Below, piece after piece: positions 1 to 10,179 of a DNA stretch of 22,679 nucleotides. The DNA is from Ginkgo biloba (Eukaryota > Plantae > Ginkgophyta). The notes under the pieces were generated by a model. That model worked only from the letters and a program-made list of their open reading frames with translations, did not search any database and had not been told where the DNA came from. Position 1 is the stretch's first letter, and every line of letters begins with the position of its first letter. Both the position numbers and the translations under genes were made by a program. The DNA lies in assembly GCA_024626585.2 (NCBI GenBank), contig JANKJI020000004.1, positions 180,244,316 to 180,266,994 of the forward strand. The letters run 5' to 3'.

Positions 1-823
1 AATATAACTATATGATAATGTATCATAACTATCATCATCATTTGTAGAATAAGGAAATATAGTAAATAAAACTGTGGTAATTTGTATTAGTAGATTATAA
101 CCATATATCATTGATCCATATTCCATAAGATAAATATACCTCTTTAAACTAACCCATGTTGTAAGATGATATAAATTTAAGGAATCCCTATTTTAATTAT
201 AAATGGTAAATTATATAATAATAGTGAATACTTTCATCTTTTTTAATTGGCTACAAAACTCTCTCTTAGTGGTAGAAATTAACGAAGTTGTAGGAGTCTA
301 ATAGATATGAAACATATCCAAGTATTAAATGCATAAATAATGTACACATTTTCACTTTTGAAGATACATAATATTATCTCATTTTGTTAAAAATATGCAT
401 ATTATAATAAGTATGTTATAGGATGATAAGATTTTTATGTACTAGTTGTAACATGATCCCTTCTAAAATTTTTAATAATTTTGATTTTTTAACATGAATT
501 TATTTTATTATCTAGAATCTATTGCCACTAGTCAACTTTACCATGCAAAATAATGATCAATTTTTTATCATGCATAACTTTGAAAGTCTTTTCATTTTTT
601 CCACATGCATATATTCTTTTATTTTGATTGTGTACTCTCTCTCTCTCACTATCATATCAAGCATAAACATAAATGAAACATGTGTATTCTTCATTATTTT
701 TTCTTTCTCCAACTTTTAAGAGAGAGTAACAACTACATATAAAAAAAAACTAGAAAGATTTTGGATATTGTAAAGTATCCACTTTAAGTCTTGGAAATGA
801 TATGTGCAAGTTAAGTTGGAAAA

Positions 824-1008
824 TGTTAGAATTAATTATCTGTTTGTAATGTTTACATGTAAATTTATTGTAAATAAGGTCATAGCCTAATGTTGTGAGA
901 CTTGTGTCCTTCAGGAGGGTTAAAGGGTCATTAGGGTGAGTCATAACTGAGTCAACCTGTGAATGACAAGTGTCAGGAGTTATTGGACATGTGTCACATC
1001 TAGAACTA
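824..1008 (+). mobile_element. Ty1/copia-type LTR, 5' part (5' LTR or solo LTR; remainder hidden in N gap 1009-1579)
   Basis: Starts TGTTAGAATTAAT and shares colinear blocks with the PPT-anchored copia 3' LTR at 21229-21553 (minus strand): taaggtcatagcctaatgt vs taggttcataacctaatgt; agggtgagtc in both; atgacaagtgtcaggagttattggacatgtg vs atgacatgtgtcgagagttataggacaagtg. The aagggggag PPT does not precede it. Confidence 0.65.
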
Positions 1009-2690
1009 NNNNNNNNNNNNNNNNNNNNNNNNNNNNNNNNNNNNNNNNNNNNNNNNNNNNNNNNNNNNNNNNNNNNNNNNNNNNNNNNNNNNNNNNNNNN
1101 NNNNNNNNNNNNNNNNNNNNNNNNNNNNNNNNNNNNNNNNNNNNNNNNNNNNNNNNNNNNNNNNNNNNNNNNNNNNNNNNNNNNNNNNNNNNNNNNNNNN
1201 NNNNNNNNNNNNNNNNNNNNNNNNNNNNNNNNNNNNNNNNNNNNNNNNNNNNNNNNNNNNNNNNNNNNNNNNNNNNNNNNNNNNNNNNNNNNNNNNNNNN
1301 NNNNNNNNNNNNNNNNNNNNNNNNNNNNNNNNNNNNNNNNNNNNNNNNNNNNNNNNNNNNNNNNNNNNNNNNNNNNNNNNNNNNNNNNNNNNNNNNNNNN
1401 NNNNNNNNNNNNNNNNNNNNNNNNNNNNNNNNNNNNNNNNNNNNNNNNNNNNNNNNNNNNNNNNNNNNNNNNNNNNNNNNNNNNNNNNNNNNNNNNNNNN
1501 NNNNNNNNNNNNNNNNNNNNNNNNNNNNNNNNNNNNNNNNNNNNNNNNNNNNNNNNNNNNNNNNNNNNNNNNNNNNNNNTAAAGGTGTGCAACGTCGGTG
1601 TGTTGTAGGCTGCTGAGTGGTCAACATCGAGAGGATGTGGAGAAACTCCAAGGACTGCGAGGTTTGGTGGAGTGAACTACCACTGTGGACTGCATCAAGG
1701 AAGTACAAAGGAGTCTCACACGAATCGCTGTGAGTTGTTGGGCCTGTGGAACCTTAGAACGTCGTGTCAGTAGGTCTGAACTGTGGGGAAGTGGTAAGTG
1801 ATGCCACGGGAGACAATGAACTCTCAGGTGATCAATTAAGTGTGCCGCTTGCTATTGTAGAAGGCCAACGAACCTACAGATATCCGATGGGAGGAGGCCG
1901 TAAGGTCTATGAAGAGATTCGTGGGATGAATATCCTTCGAATAGCTTACAGTGAATCGCTGCAAGTTATATAGTTGTTGGAGCTCACGTAGGAGATCTGA
2001 GGTGACATAAGTGCGCTCAACGAGATGAAGGTTGAGGTGCAGTGGATCCAAATCCACGGATTTGACAAAATTATCCAAAATCGACAAAACAACAAAAAAC
2101 TCGCGATGGAAGCGTAACATGTAGGGCGCAAGGCGACAAAAATATGCAAATTCAAAATAATTCTATATATATATTTTTTTTCCAAAGTTAAAATCAAATT
2201 TAATTATTTTCGATAAATATTTGGAATCCGATAATTTAAAAACGTCTAACACCCTTCCTAGTCACATGGTAGAAGGGGATAATCCACTTTTTCAGCGTTT
2301 AGATAGTCAAAATGAAACACCAAAAATATTAGTNNNNNNNNNNNNNNNNNNNNNNNTTTTTATCTATTGAACGAAGTCATATGAATGGTATGCCGACTAC
2401 CTATGTGTAGACCAAGAATTTTATGTTCATTAATGATTCTGGCGCCCTGCGAGGTGACCAAAGAGACTATTTGTTTGCTCAAAAATATTAAAAACATAAA
2501 AATCACTCATAAATAAAATAATTTATGCAACTTAAAATAAAATCATGCATATAAAATACTTCTCTTCTTCTTTCTTTTTAGCTTTCTCTANNNNNNNNNN
2601 NNNNNNNNNNNNNNNNNNNNNNNNNNNNNNNNNNNNNNNNNNNNNNNNNNNNNNNNNNNNNNNNNNNNNNNNNNNNNNNNNNNNNNNNNN

Positions 2691-3832
2691 TGACATACCA
2701 CCAAATAAATTATGGGAGGGCTTATTAGATGCCATATTAAAATATGGATTGAATGGAATAGGCATGGTCCCTTAAGAAATATTGGTGGCTTGATTTCCAT
2801 AGGGATTGTATGAAAAATTCCCATAGGAGTAAATGGGTTTTATAATGGATAAGGATAACTTGAGAAGCAAATGAATTCTCATAAAAAATGGTTGTTGACT
2901 AACATTTAGATTAGTGGGATTCACTAATGGAGTGATGATTTGCACATTGCCAAAACAGTCAAATAAATTGCTATAAGGATTAGTCGGTTGGGCGTTATCA
3001 AATATGTTACCAAATGGAGAGGGTTGTTAAACGTTCTAAAAAGATGGTATGTTTCTTTGTGAATTGGTAGATTGTAGATTCCCATAAAAAAGTGCATTAT
3101 GAAATCATATTAGTGGATGGGATATTCCCAAAAGAAGGTACGCTCTCAAGTGGACTAGAGACATTTTCAAAAGAAGAAACATTGCTAGGTGGATTAGACA
3201 CATTCCCATTTGAGGATGATGTGGGGTTCCCATAAGAATTATTAGATATGGAAAATGAAGTTTGGCACAAATTCCCTTGTGAAAGGTCATATGGTAAAGC
3301 ACTGGTGCACATAAGTTGAGAAATGCTTGATTCTAGTTGAATGGATAGATTTGAAGGAAGTGACGATGGCATGCTTACATGAACTTGTGCTAGTTTTGAT
3401 AAAATGTTCACATATTCTTCACTAAGGGAGCTTTGGGTGTCTCCTACATTGGGCCAAGACCCTAAATAATTTAGATTGGAAAATTGAGGCATACTTGGCA
3501 TAATTTGAATATTAGATGGTAAAATGGAAAGAATAGTTTGAGATATGAGAGTGTCCCAAAATTTGGTCCAGACATGACATACAGGTTGAGAGGGAAATTC
3601 ACTATATATTAAACAAGAGGTTGAGGAAGGTTTACACAACCAAGAGGAAGGATGATAGAAAGATCTTATCATGCACTTGGGAGGACAATAATATATTTTT
3701 AATTTGGAGTAGAAGGACTCAAATCTTGTGAGTGCCCAATGAGAAGTGATAATAGGCCAAGAGTGAACTTGGTCCAAGAAGGGACAAGATCAGAGTATGT
3801 GGCAAAATATGGAATAGAAGTAATACCAACAT
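2691..3832 (-). pseudogene. Probable decayed low-complexity (S/P/N/G-rich) N-terminal gag-like region of an LTR retrotransposon; includes the 226-codon ORF 3097-3777
   Basis: Minus-strand translation has recurrent (P/S)YGN/FGN-type units (plus-strand ttcccata/ttccata motifs at ~2795, 2819, 3079, 3227) spread over several frames. It lies near a same-strand gypsy integrase remnant across a gap. No diagnostic motif seen, so the family call is inference. Confidence 0.35.
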
Positions 3833-4595
3833 NNNNNNNNNNNNNNNNNNNNNNNNNNNNNNNNNNNNNNNNNNNNNNNNNNNNNNNNNNNNNNNNNNNN
3901 NNNNNNNNNNNNNNNNNNNNNNNNNNNNNNNNNNNNNNNNNNNNNNNNNNNNNNNNNNNNNNNNNNNNNNNNNNNNNNNNNNNNNNNNNNNNNNNNNNNN
4001 NNNNNNNNNNNNNNNNNNNNNNNNNNNNNNNNNNNNNNNNNNNNNNNNNNNNNNNNNNNNNNNNNNNNNNNNNNNNNNNNNNNNNNNNNNNNNNNNNNNN
4101 NNNNNNNNNNNNNNNNNNNNNNNNNNNNNNNNNNNNNNNNNNNNNNNNNNNNNNNNNNNNNNNNNNNNNNNNNNNNNNNNNNNNNNNNNNNNNNNNNNNN
4201 NNNNNNNNNNNNNNNNNNNNNNNNNNNNNNNNNNNNNNNNNNNNNNNNNNNNNNNNNNNNNNNNNNNNNNNNNNNNNNNNNNNNNNNNNNNNNNNNNNNN
4301 NNNNNNNNNNNNNNNNNNNNNNNNNNNNNNNNNNNNNNNNNNNNNNNNNNNNNNNNNNNNNNNNNNNNNNNNNNNNNNNNNNNNNNNNNNNNNNNNNNNN
4401 NNNNNNNNNNNNNNNNNNNNNNNNNNNNNNNNNNNNNNNNNNNNNNNNNNNNNNNNNNNNNNNNNNNNNNNNNNNNNNNNNNNNNNNNNNNNNNNNNNNN
4501 NNNNNNNNNNNNNNNNNNNNNNNNNNNNNNNNNNNNNNNNNNNNNNNNNNNNNNNNNNNNNNNNNNNNNNNNNNNNNNNNNNNNNNNNNNNNNNT

Positions 4596-4904
4596 CCTGA
4601 CATGAGTATGAGAATCCTTAAAAAGTATGATCTAATAATATCCTTCTCGTAGGATTTTTTGTGTAGTTGTATTACCTGAGGGGTGTCCACTTCCTAGTTT
4701 CTCATGAAAATTGGCCACTATTTGGGCTTCTTCTTCTCTTGTAACAAAAATGAGGTATACTCCATGGTAGTATTGTTTGTGAAAAATCCCTCTCTTGAGC
4801 ATGTACTAGGATACCTTGATCTTTAAGGATCTCCTTTAGACTCTATTGAAGTCAGAAGGGAAAGTCCCATTCATAAGGAAGTAAATGATATGGATCTACC
4901 ACTC
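4596..4904 (-). pseudogene. Ty3/gypsy pol remnant: RNase H-integrase linker and integrase zinc-binding (H2C2) N-terminus, Tat/Ogre-like
   Basis: Manual translation in one frame: EW*IHIIYFLMNGTFPSDFNRV*RRSLKIKVS*YMLKRGIFHKQYYHGVYLIFVTREEEAQIVANFHEKLGSGHPSGNTTTQKILREGYY*IILFKDSHTHVR. This matches the gypsy pattern H-x-G-x-x-GGH...KILRxGYYWPxxFKD. It has 4 in-frame stops and ends at an N gap. Confidence 0.85.
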
Positions 4905-4967
4905 AGCAAAACATAAGAGTTTCCACAATAGAAACAATCAAAACAGTATTATTTAGGTCAAAATGCC

Positions 4968-5112
4968 TCAGCACAGAAACCCTCTCTCTTTCATGCTGGC
5001 AACAGACTGTCGAATGGCATCCTCTATAGGAGTAAAACAAAGTCCCAAGTCAATGAGTTTCTTTGCTGCATCTTTGCATCTTAAAAGGCCAGGTTGGGTT
5101 TCCTCAGTAAAC
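4968..5112 (-). CDS. Terminal coding exon of a cinnamoyl-CoA reductase-like (CCR-like) NAD(P)-binding Rossmann-fold/SDR protein
   Basis: 145 nt = 1 phase nucleotide + 47 codons + TGA: (R)FTEETQPGLLRCKDAAKKLIDLGLCFTPIEDAIRQSVASMKERGFLC*. This resembles the C-terminus of plant CCR-like proteins (recalled Arabidopsis At2g02400-type ETQPGL..C.DAAK.LI.LGL.FT..EDA....V.S....GFL). It is preceded by a U-rich acceptor ...ttctgatttttctgttgtttatgagttgttgtacAG and has no stops or frameshifts. It is absent from the ORF track. Confidence 0.85.
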
Positions 5113-5160
5113 CTGTACAACAACTCATAAACAACAGAAAAATCAGAACATTCATGTCGC
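5113..5160 (-). other. 3' splice acceptor region (AG at 5114-5113 on the minus strand) of the intron preceding the CCR-like last exon
   Basis: Minus strand reads gcgacatgaatgttctgatttttctgttgtttatgagttgttgtaCAG|GTTTACT. Protein similarity starts exactly at this AG. Confidence 0.8.
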
Positions 5161-5899
5161 CATAAACAAATTTTCCAGTTTCTTAATTCCTCTCTTAATG
5201 TTCTTTAATATATTTAAATACCCCTTTGATATGGCTAATGCAATTAATTCAGCTTGATACGATATATTTGCAAATTTTTACCTTCATTTGGTATGGCAAT
5301 TTCACAACTTCTACCAGATGCATTTGGCATGTTTTGCAACAGGAAAAAACTCAACGTCTCATGAAATGTGTGCAACAATGGCTTGTAAATAAACTATACA
5401 CAGAGTCAAGTACTGAGCAAAATGAAGAGTTGCAAAGCAAATGACAAATGTCCAGGTGTAACCCAATGTCTAATGGGCTGTGATGATGAATATCAAAATC
5501 TAATTAGTCCTTACAGACATAAAAAAGGCAACTGATAAAGAACCAATCTTAGCTAAGCAAGACGTAGTTTATGTAGTGCTACACAGCCATTGGCTTCAAG
5601 AGTCTGTGCTGTCTAATGAAGTCGGTGGTGCCTCGCTGCAGGCAGTTTCTTCCATAAATGTCAAAGGTTGTAAAGAAGACAGCCTAGGGTAGTTGGATCT
5701 GACTATAAAGAAACACTTTCTGCACTTTCCTTGTGCAAGTCCTCCTGGGTCTGGGTTTTCACCTCATCATTTGGTAGTGTTTGCTGACGGGCTTGAATAG
5801 CACTGCTCTTCTCGTTGGACAGTGTTTGTGAAGTGATACGCCAGGTCTAGCAACTAGTTAGTTATAGAAGATGTGAATACCGGGAGGCTTGTTTGAGAG

Positions 5900-6835
5900 C
5901 CTTGTTTGAGGGATAACTCTCACCTCCACTACAATGCCAACTTCTTTCTTCAGGGTACATGACTTCTATAGTGCTGTTGGCCTTCCAAATGATATCACCA
6001 CCTTCTAAGAAGAATTTTGGCAGACTATACTATTTAGGTGAAAACATTTGAAGGCGATTTCCTTCCCGATGTCCACGGTGATTTCCCTAATGTCTTCCAT
6101 GAATGTCTTGTTAGCCCAGTCACTAATTTTGTTCGCAATCAAAGGGGGGCATGGCATATCGTTAAATAAATTAGCAACTTGGTTAACTAGAGACACAAAA
6201 CTAGCAGTTCTATTCACATCCTTCTTTGTGAAGAGCTAGTCCACTTTCGAAATAGCCATCATTTCTTAATTTTTTATATTTTGAGCCCTACTAAGAGCAT
6301 GTGACTTATGTCTGTTACAAGTGTGATATTATTCATGCAAAGGCCATTGAACATAATTTGACTCAGCAGACGTAAATTATTGAATTCACTTATGTAAGAA
6401 TTCCAATACAAGGGAAATCTATTACCTGAATGGGTTTTTGCAGGGCAACGAAAGGTGGTGAAAGATGGGGTCAATGCAAATACTTTCCCAAATTTCACAC
6501 ATTTTTCTGTGAGCAAAATATGTTTGTAAAGACTCCTTAGCTAACTAATATGATTGGGGAAGCCTTTCAACTGACTTTCTGCAGAAAGCGAGGTATGTCC
6601 TTGTTGTCCAATTTGTCTAAAGAGCAATGTCATGTTCTTCACATGATAACCTTGACCTGAGGGAATAAAAGCTTTCTCTTGTGCCATGGACAAACCTTCA
6701 ACAACACTCGAACATTGATCAGAGGAGCTTGGTTGGTTCTCCACCATGACTCCTTTGTTTTTGACCAAGTTGTCTCACCCCATTTAGTTGCCTTTTTTAC
6801 TGTTTGGGCTTCACACAGTAGAGATAGCTTTCATA
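5900..6835 (-). pseudogene. Possible decayed LINE ORF1-like (DUF4283/RRM-like) sequence
   Basis: Consecutive minus-strand ORFs are separated by single stops or frameshifts. The segment IANKISDWANKTFMEDIREITVDIGKEIAFKCFHL.../KFFLEGGDIIWKANSTIEVMYP loosely recalls plant L1 ORF1 (W..k.w....i..lgkg.f.f.F......vl.gG.w). No zinc knuckle found. Confidence 0.3.
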
Positions 6836-7209
6836 NNNNNNNNNNNNNNNNNNNNNNNNNNNNNNNNNNNNNNNNNNNNNNNNNNNNNNNNNNNNNNNNN
6901 NNNNNNNNNNNNNNNNNNNNNNNNNNNNNNNNNNNGACACTTTAATGCTAAGTCAATGTAGAGTTATATTAGGCTAGCATTTAATGTTAGGCATAATTTG
7001 TTTAATGTTGCAAGTCAATAATAAAACATAACTTAATAACTCACCGTAAGTTATGGGAGTTATTTCAGTTCTATAGAAAACACTTGTATTTGTTCATCTT
7101 CAAAGTTTAATGAAGAGGTCACAATGTGAGTTCCCATTTCAATGTCCATGTTATTCTAACAACAGGAATTGCCACTTGTAGGCTCATGATAAAGTTACCA
7201 ACACAAATT

Positions 7210-7610
7210 TCATTTCTCTATAAGAACATCAATCCACATCTTGTGGTCTTTCACACCATATGCCACCCCTTATAACCTTCCTCCATTGATGGGAGAGGAA
7301 CAAGATTGGCTCAAAGGCCACTTTAAATACAAAATGACAACCATTCCATGATAGAACATGGCTTTCCCACCCCTTAGTACGTGATAATATTGGTCAATGC
7401 TATCCACAAGTTCACTTTGGATTTTTAATTGGCAACAACCCTAGGTATGTTGTTGGTCATTTAAGAAACCAACCAATCCTTCTTATCATTCAATGGTATT
7501 GGTAACATTCCCAATATATATTTCCTCATTATTTAGAGCCCAAAGCCTAGACCATACTTGGGTACAAGAATTTCAATTGACAACCAATCAAGGCCTCAAA
7601 TATGCCACCT
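7210..7610 (-). pseudogene. Heavily decayed L1-clade LINE ORF2 fragment (C-terminal part of RT and downstream)
   Basis: Colinear minus-strand motifs across frameshifts: FEALIGCQLKF (~7600-7568; cf. F...SGLKIN), PTTYLGL (~7457-7437; cf. P.kYLGLP), KGWESHVLSWNG..FVFKV (~7375-7320; cf. L.GWK...LS.AGR..LIKSV), KMWIDVLIEK (~7243-7214; cf. LW..VL..KY). Confidence 0.65.
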
Positions 7611-7860
7611 GCAACAATTGGCAACGAATTAGCCATACATGATTCATTTATTTATCACTCGTATATGGCTATTGAAGTCGATTCCCACAATGGCACTCCT
7701 AACCTCATCCTTTATACCCTATAGTCTACAAAATGTAAGGTTAACCTTTTGTGGTAGTAAGATAAGCATTTTGGAANNNNNNNNNNNNNNNNNNNNNNNN
7801 NNNNNNNNNNNATTTTACATGCTTTTAGTGGGGTGCTTCATGTGTATGTCATGCTACCGC

Positions 7861-8213
7861 TGTTGTGACCCAAATGCAAAACTACTAAATAATATAGAGA
7901 AATAACAATTCGCAGATAAAGAATGTATATATGTCGTAGTAAGGAACAACATCCAATCAAAATACACTTGGAGATAATCAGATAACTATGATAACTTAAT
8001 CGCACAATGATATCAAAATGTCAAAACATTGCGAAAAACTACAAAATACTTGAGATAATATAAGGTGTGGGGAACTTGCCACCATGAATAATCACAGATT
8101 TGGGGGCAACTGCTACCTAGAAGTAGAAAGTCTTCCAAAAGAAGAAAAGATAAAATGCGATGAATGAGTAATGAAAAAGAGGTGAAATAAGGCCCTTTTA
8201 AACTCAAAACTAA
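7861..8213 (-). repeat. 3' LTR (visible part; truncated by the 100-N gap 8214-8313)
   Basis: Aligns to 9556-9842 (for example aatcaaaatacacttggagataatcagataac and atgaaaaagaggtgaaataaggccctt are identical). About 85% identity by manual count. Confidence 0.85.
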
Positions 8214-8313
8214 NNNNNNNNNNNNNNNNNNNNNNNNNNNNNNNNNNNNNNNNNNNNNNNNNNNNNNNNNNNNNNNNNNNNNNNNNNNNNNNNNNNNNNN
8301 NNNNNNNNNNNNN

Positions 8314-9440
8314 ATCTTGAGCTTGATCTTCTTCTTGTTCTTCTATAACTATCTCTTCGTTGTCTATTCTCTCATCCTGTTTTCTTTGGGCTTCTGGCAT
8401 GACTCAGTTCTTTTGGGGGCATTTATGGTCATGGGACCATGGTTCCCTACAGTGGTAGCATGTCCTTCCTTCCACCTTTGGTCCATTCCCCTACGGATCA
8501 TTAGTTCGGTTAGTTTATAGTCTTTTTGTCGGTCTTCCACCTTGATTGTTGTGTAGGGACTTTCTTTGATTCGAGAGGTACCTTCATTTAATGGATTGAT
8601 GCCTTTCTTCTACCTATTGTGCACAAAAGATTACCTTTTCCAAGGTTTTTTGTTGGAACACTCTGACATCTACTCTTATTTTAGCACTTAGGTTTCCAAT
8701 ATAGAATTCATGTACATTATCTTCATTCATCCTTGCTTTATATTCAAGGATTTGGAATTTTTACATATAAGCTTCTATGGACATCTCCCTTCGGTATAGG
8801 TGTGCTAACTGGATGTTATATGACTCATTCCAATGTGGGTCTTCCCTTTGAAAAAAATTTGAAGCAAATATTTCAAATGTTCCTATTGTGGTCTGATTTC
8901 ATTCCCATCATCTTGATTTCCATGTATGGGTGGTTCCCTCCATATATTGTACTATTGTTCTCACTTTCTTTGTTTCCTTTGTTAGCCTAACCTAATCGTA
9001 GGCCATCCTTAGCTTGCTAATCCATTCAAGAGCTTCAATGGAGTTGTCAAAATTGTAGTTCGGGATTTTTAATTGTAAATTGCATTTGATTCTCCTATTG
9101 CTTGCTCTAATAACTTCTCCTTGATTATTGCTTGTTCCTTNNNNNNNNNNNNNNNNNNNNNNNNNNNNNNNNNNNNNNNNNNNNNNNNNNNNNNNNNNNN
9201 NNNNNNNNNNNNTTCAACTCCTGCTAATAGTTTCTTGTAGTGGGCCAAGTCGTGCAAGGATTAGATTGATCTTGTCATCTATTGATTTTATGTTGTCATC
9301 CACTTTGTTTATCTTCTCGTCCACTTCATTTGTCTTGCCATCCAACTTGATGTCGATGTCATTAATCTTAGAATCCAATTCCCATAGGTGGCAGTATGCC
9401 ATTCTGGGATCTTTCCTTCCATTTCTTTATGTTGTCTTGT
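8314..9440 (-). pseudogene. Gypsy gag remnant
   Basis: N-terminal ...TRQHKEMEGKIPEW, then a coiled-coil-like ELDSKINDIDIKLDGKTNEVDEKINKVDDNIKSIDDKINLIL, a gypsy-type knuckle CYHCREPWSHDHKC at 8460-8419 and an acidic E-rich linker. Many stops and frameshifts. Confidence 0.8.
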
Positions 9441-9555
9441 NNNNNNNNNNNNNNNNNNNNNNNNNNNNNNNNNNNNNNNNNNNNNNNNNNNNNNNNNNNN
9501 NNNNNNNNNNNNNNNNNNNNNNNNNNNNNNNNNNNNNNNNNNNNNNNNNNNNNNN

Positions 9556-10046
9556 ATATATGCCATAGTAAGGAACAATATCTAATCAAAATACACTTGG
9601 AGATAATCAGATAACAACAATAACTCAATCACATGATGATATCAAAATATCAGAAAATAGCCAAAATTGTTGAATACTTGAGATAACAGAAAGTGTGGGG
9701 CACCTGCCACCACAAATAATCACAGATTTGGGAGCACATGCAACCCAAAAGTAGAAAAGTCTGCTAAAAGAGGAAGAAAAGATAAAATGTGAATAAGTGA
9801 TGAAAAAGAGGTGAAATAAGGCCCTTCTATACTTAAAACTAAGGTCCTTTAGTTCAAGAGTCGCAACACTTGGTCAAGTGTCTTTTTGGTTCTTAGAGAG
9901 CCTTTTAGCTAACTAAACATGGGCGCTTGGTTAGAAGCCCTTATTTAGTGCTAATTAAGGTTAATTTCAGGCTCTTTTAGTCCCTAGTTTTAGGATTTCA
10001 CCTCCTAACTCTTATTTTAGGCCTAGGTTGTGTTAGGAACACAACA
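9556..10046 (-). repeat. 5' LTR (about 66 further nt plus the PBS expected inside gap 9441-9555; full length ~557 bp)
   Basis: Direct repeat of 7927-8213, ending at CACAACA followed by the TSD. It lies upstream of gag on the minus strand. Confidence 0.85.
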
Positions 10047-10051
10047 ACCAC

Positions 10052-10179
10052 CTACACAATCAAGTACTAAATCTGCCGTGCATACATACATCTTATGCTT
10101 TCAGCAGGATACTTCATGTGTATTCCATGCTACCACATACACAATCAATTACTAAACATGCCACGCATACATACATCTC
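10052..10179. repeat. 85-bp tandem duplication; copy 1 is split by the gypsy insertion (7819-7860 + 10052-10094), copy 2 is intact (10095-10179)
   Basis: atgcttttagtggggtgcttcatgtgtatgtcatgctaccgc vs atgctttcagcaggatacttcatgtgtattccatgctaccac (42 nt); ctacacaatcaagtactaaatctgccgtgcatacatacatctt vs atacacaatcaattactaaacatgccacgcatacatacatctc (43 nt). No indels. Confidence 0.9.

Larger units (their letters stand above)
7861..10046 (-). mobile_element. Ty3/gypsy LTR retrotransposon with both LTRs and 5-bp TSD (internal part interrupted by gaps)
   Basis: Termini TGTTGTG (7861-7867) and CACAACA (10040-10046) form a perfect 7-bp inverted repeat. Flanks accgc (7856-7860) and accac (10047-10051) are a TSD with one transition. 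Direct repeats 7927-8213 and 9556-9842 are the LTRs, with a gag remnant between them. Confidence 0.9.

Noticed and set aside
750-1708. Long ORFs in the track spanning N runs (also 3719-4690, 3739-4605, 11158-12093 and others)
   Set aside because: Artefacts of translating N gaps as X; no real coding evidence.
1580-2120. GC-richer tract with short ORFs on both strands
   Set aside because: No recognisable motif, splice structure or termini; probably an unclassified repeat.
2121-2450. Possible MITE with 10/12 inverted repeat (gtagggcgcaag / ctggcgccctgc)
   Set aside because: Short and imperfect, with no TSD and no second copy in the window.
7861-10046. Apparent 2.2-kb 'gag-only' non-autonomous retrotransposon (TR-GAG-like)
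   Set aside because: The junction between gag and the 3' LTR is a 100-N gap that also swallows ~200 bp of LTR, so pol may simply be unassembled.
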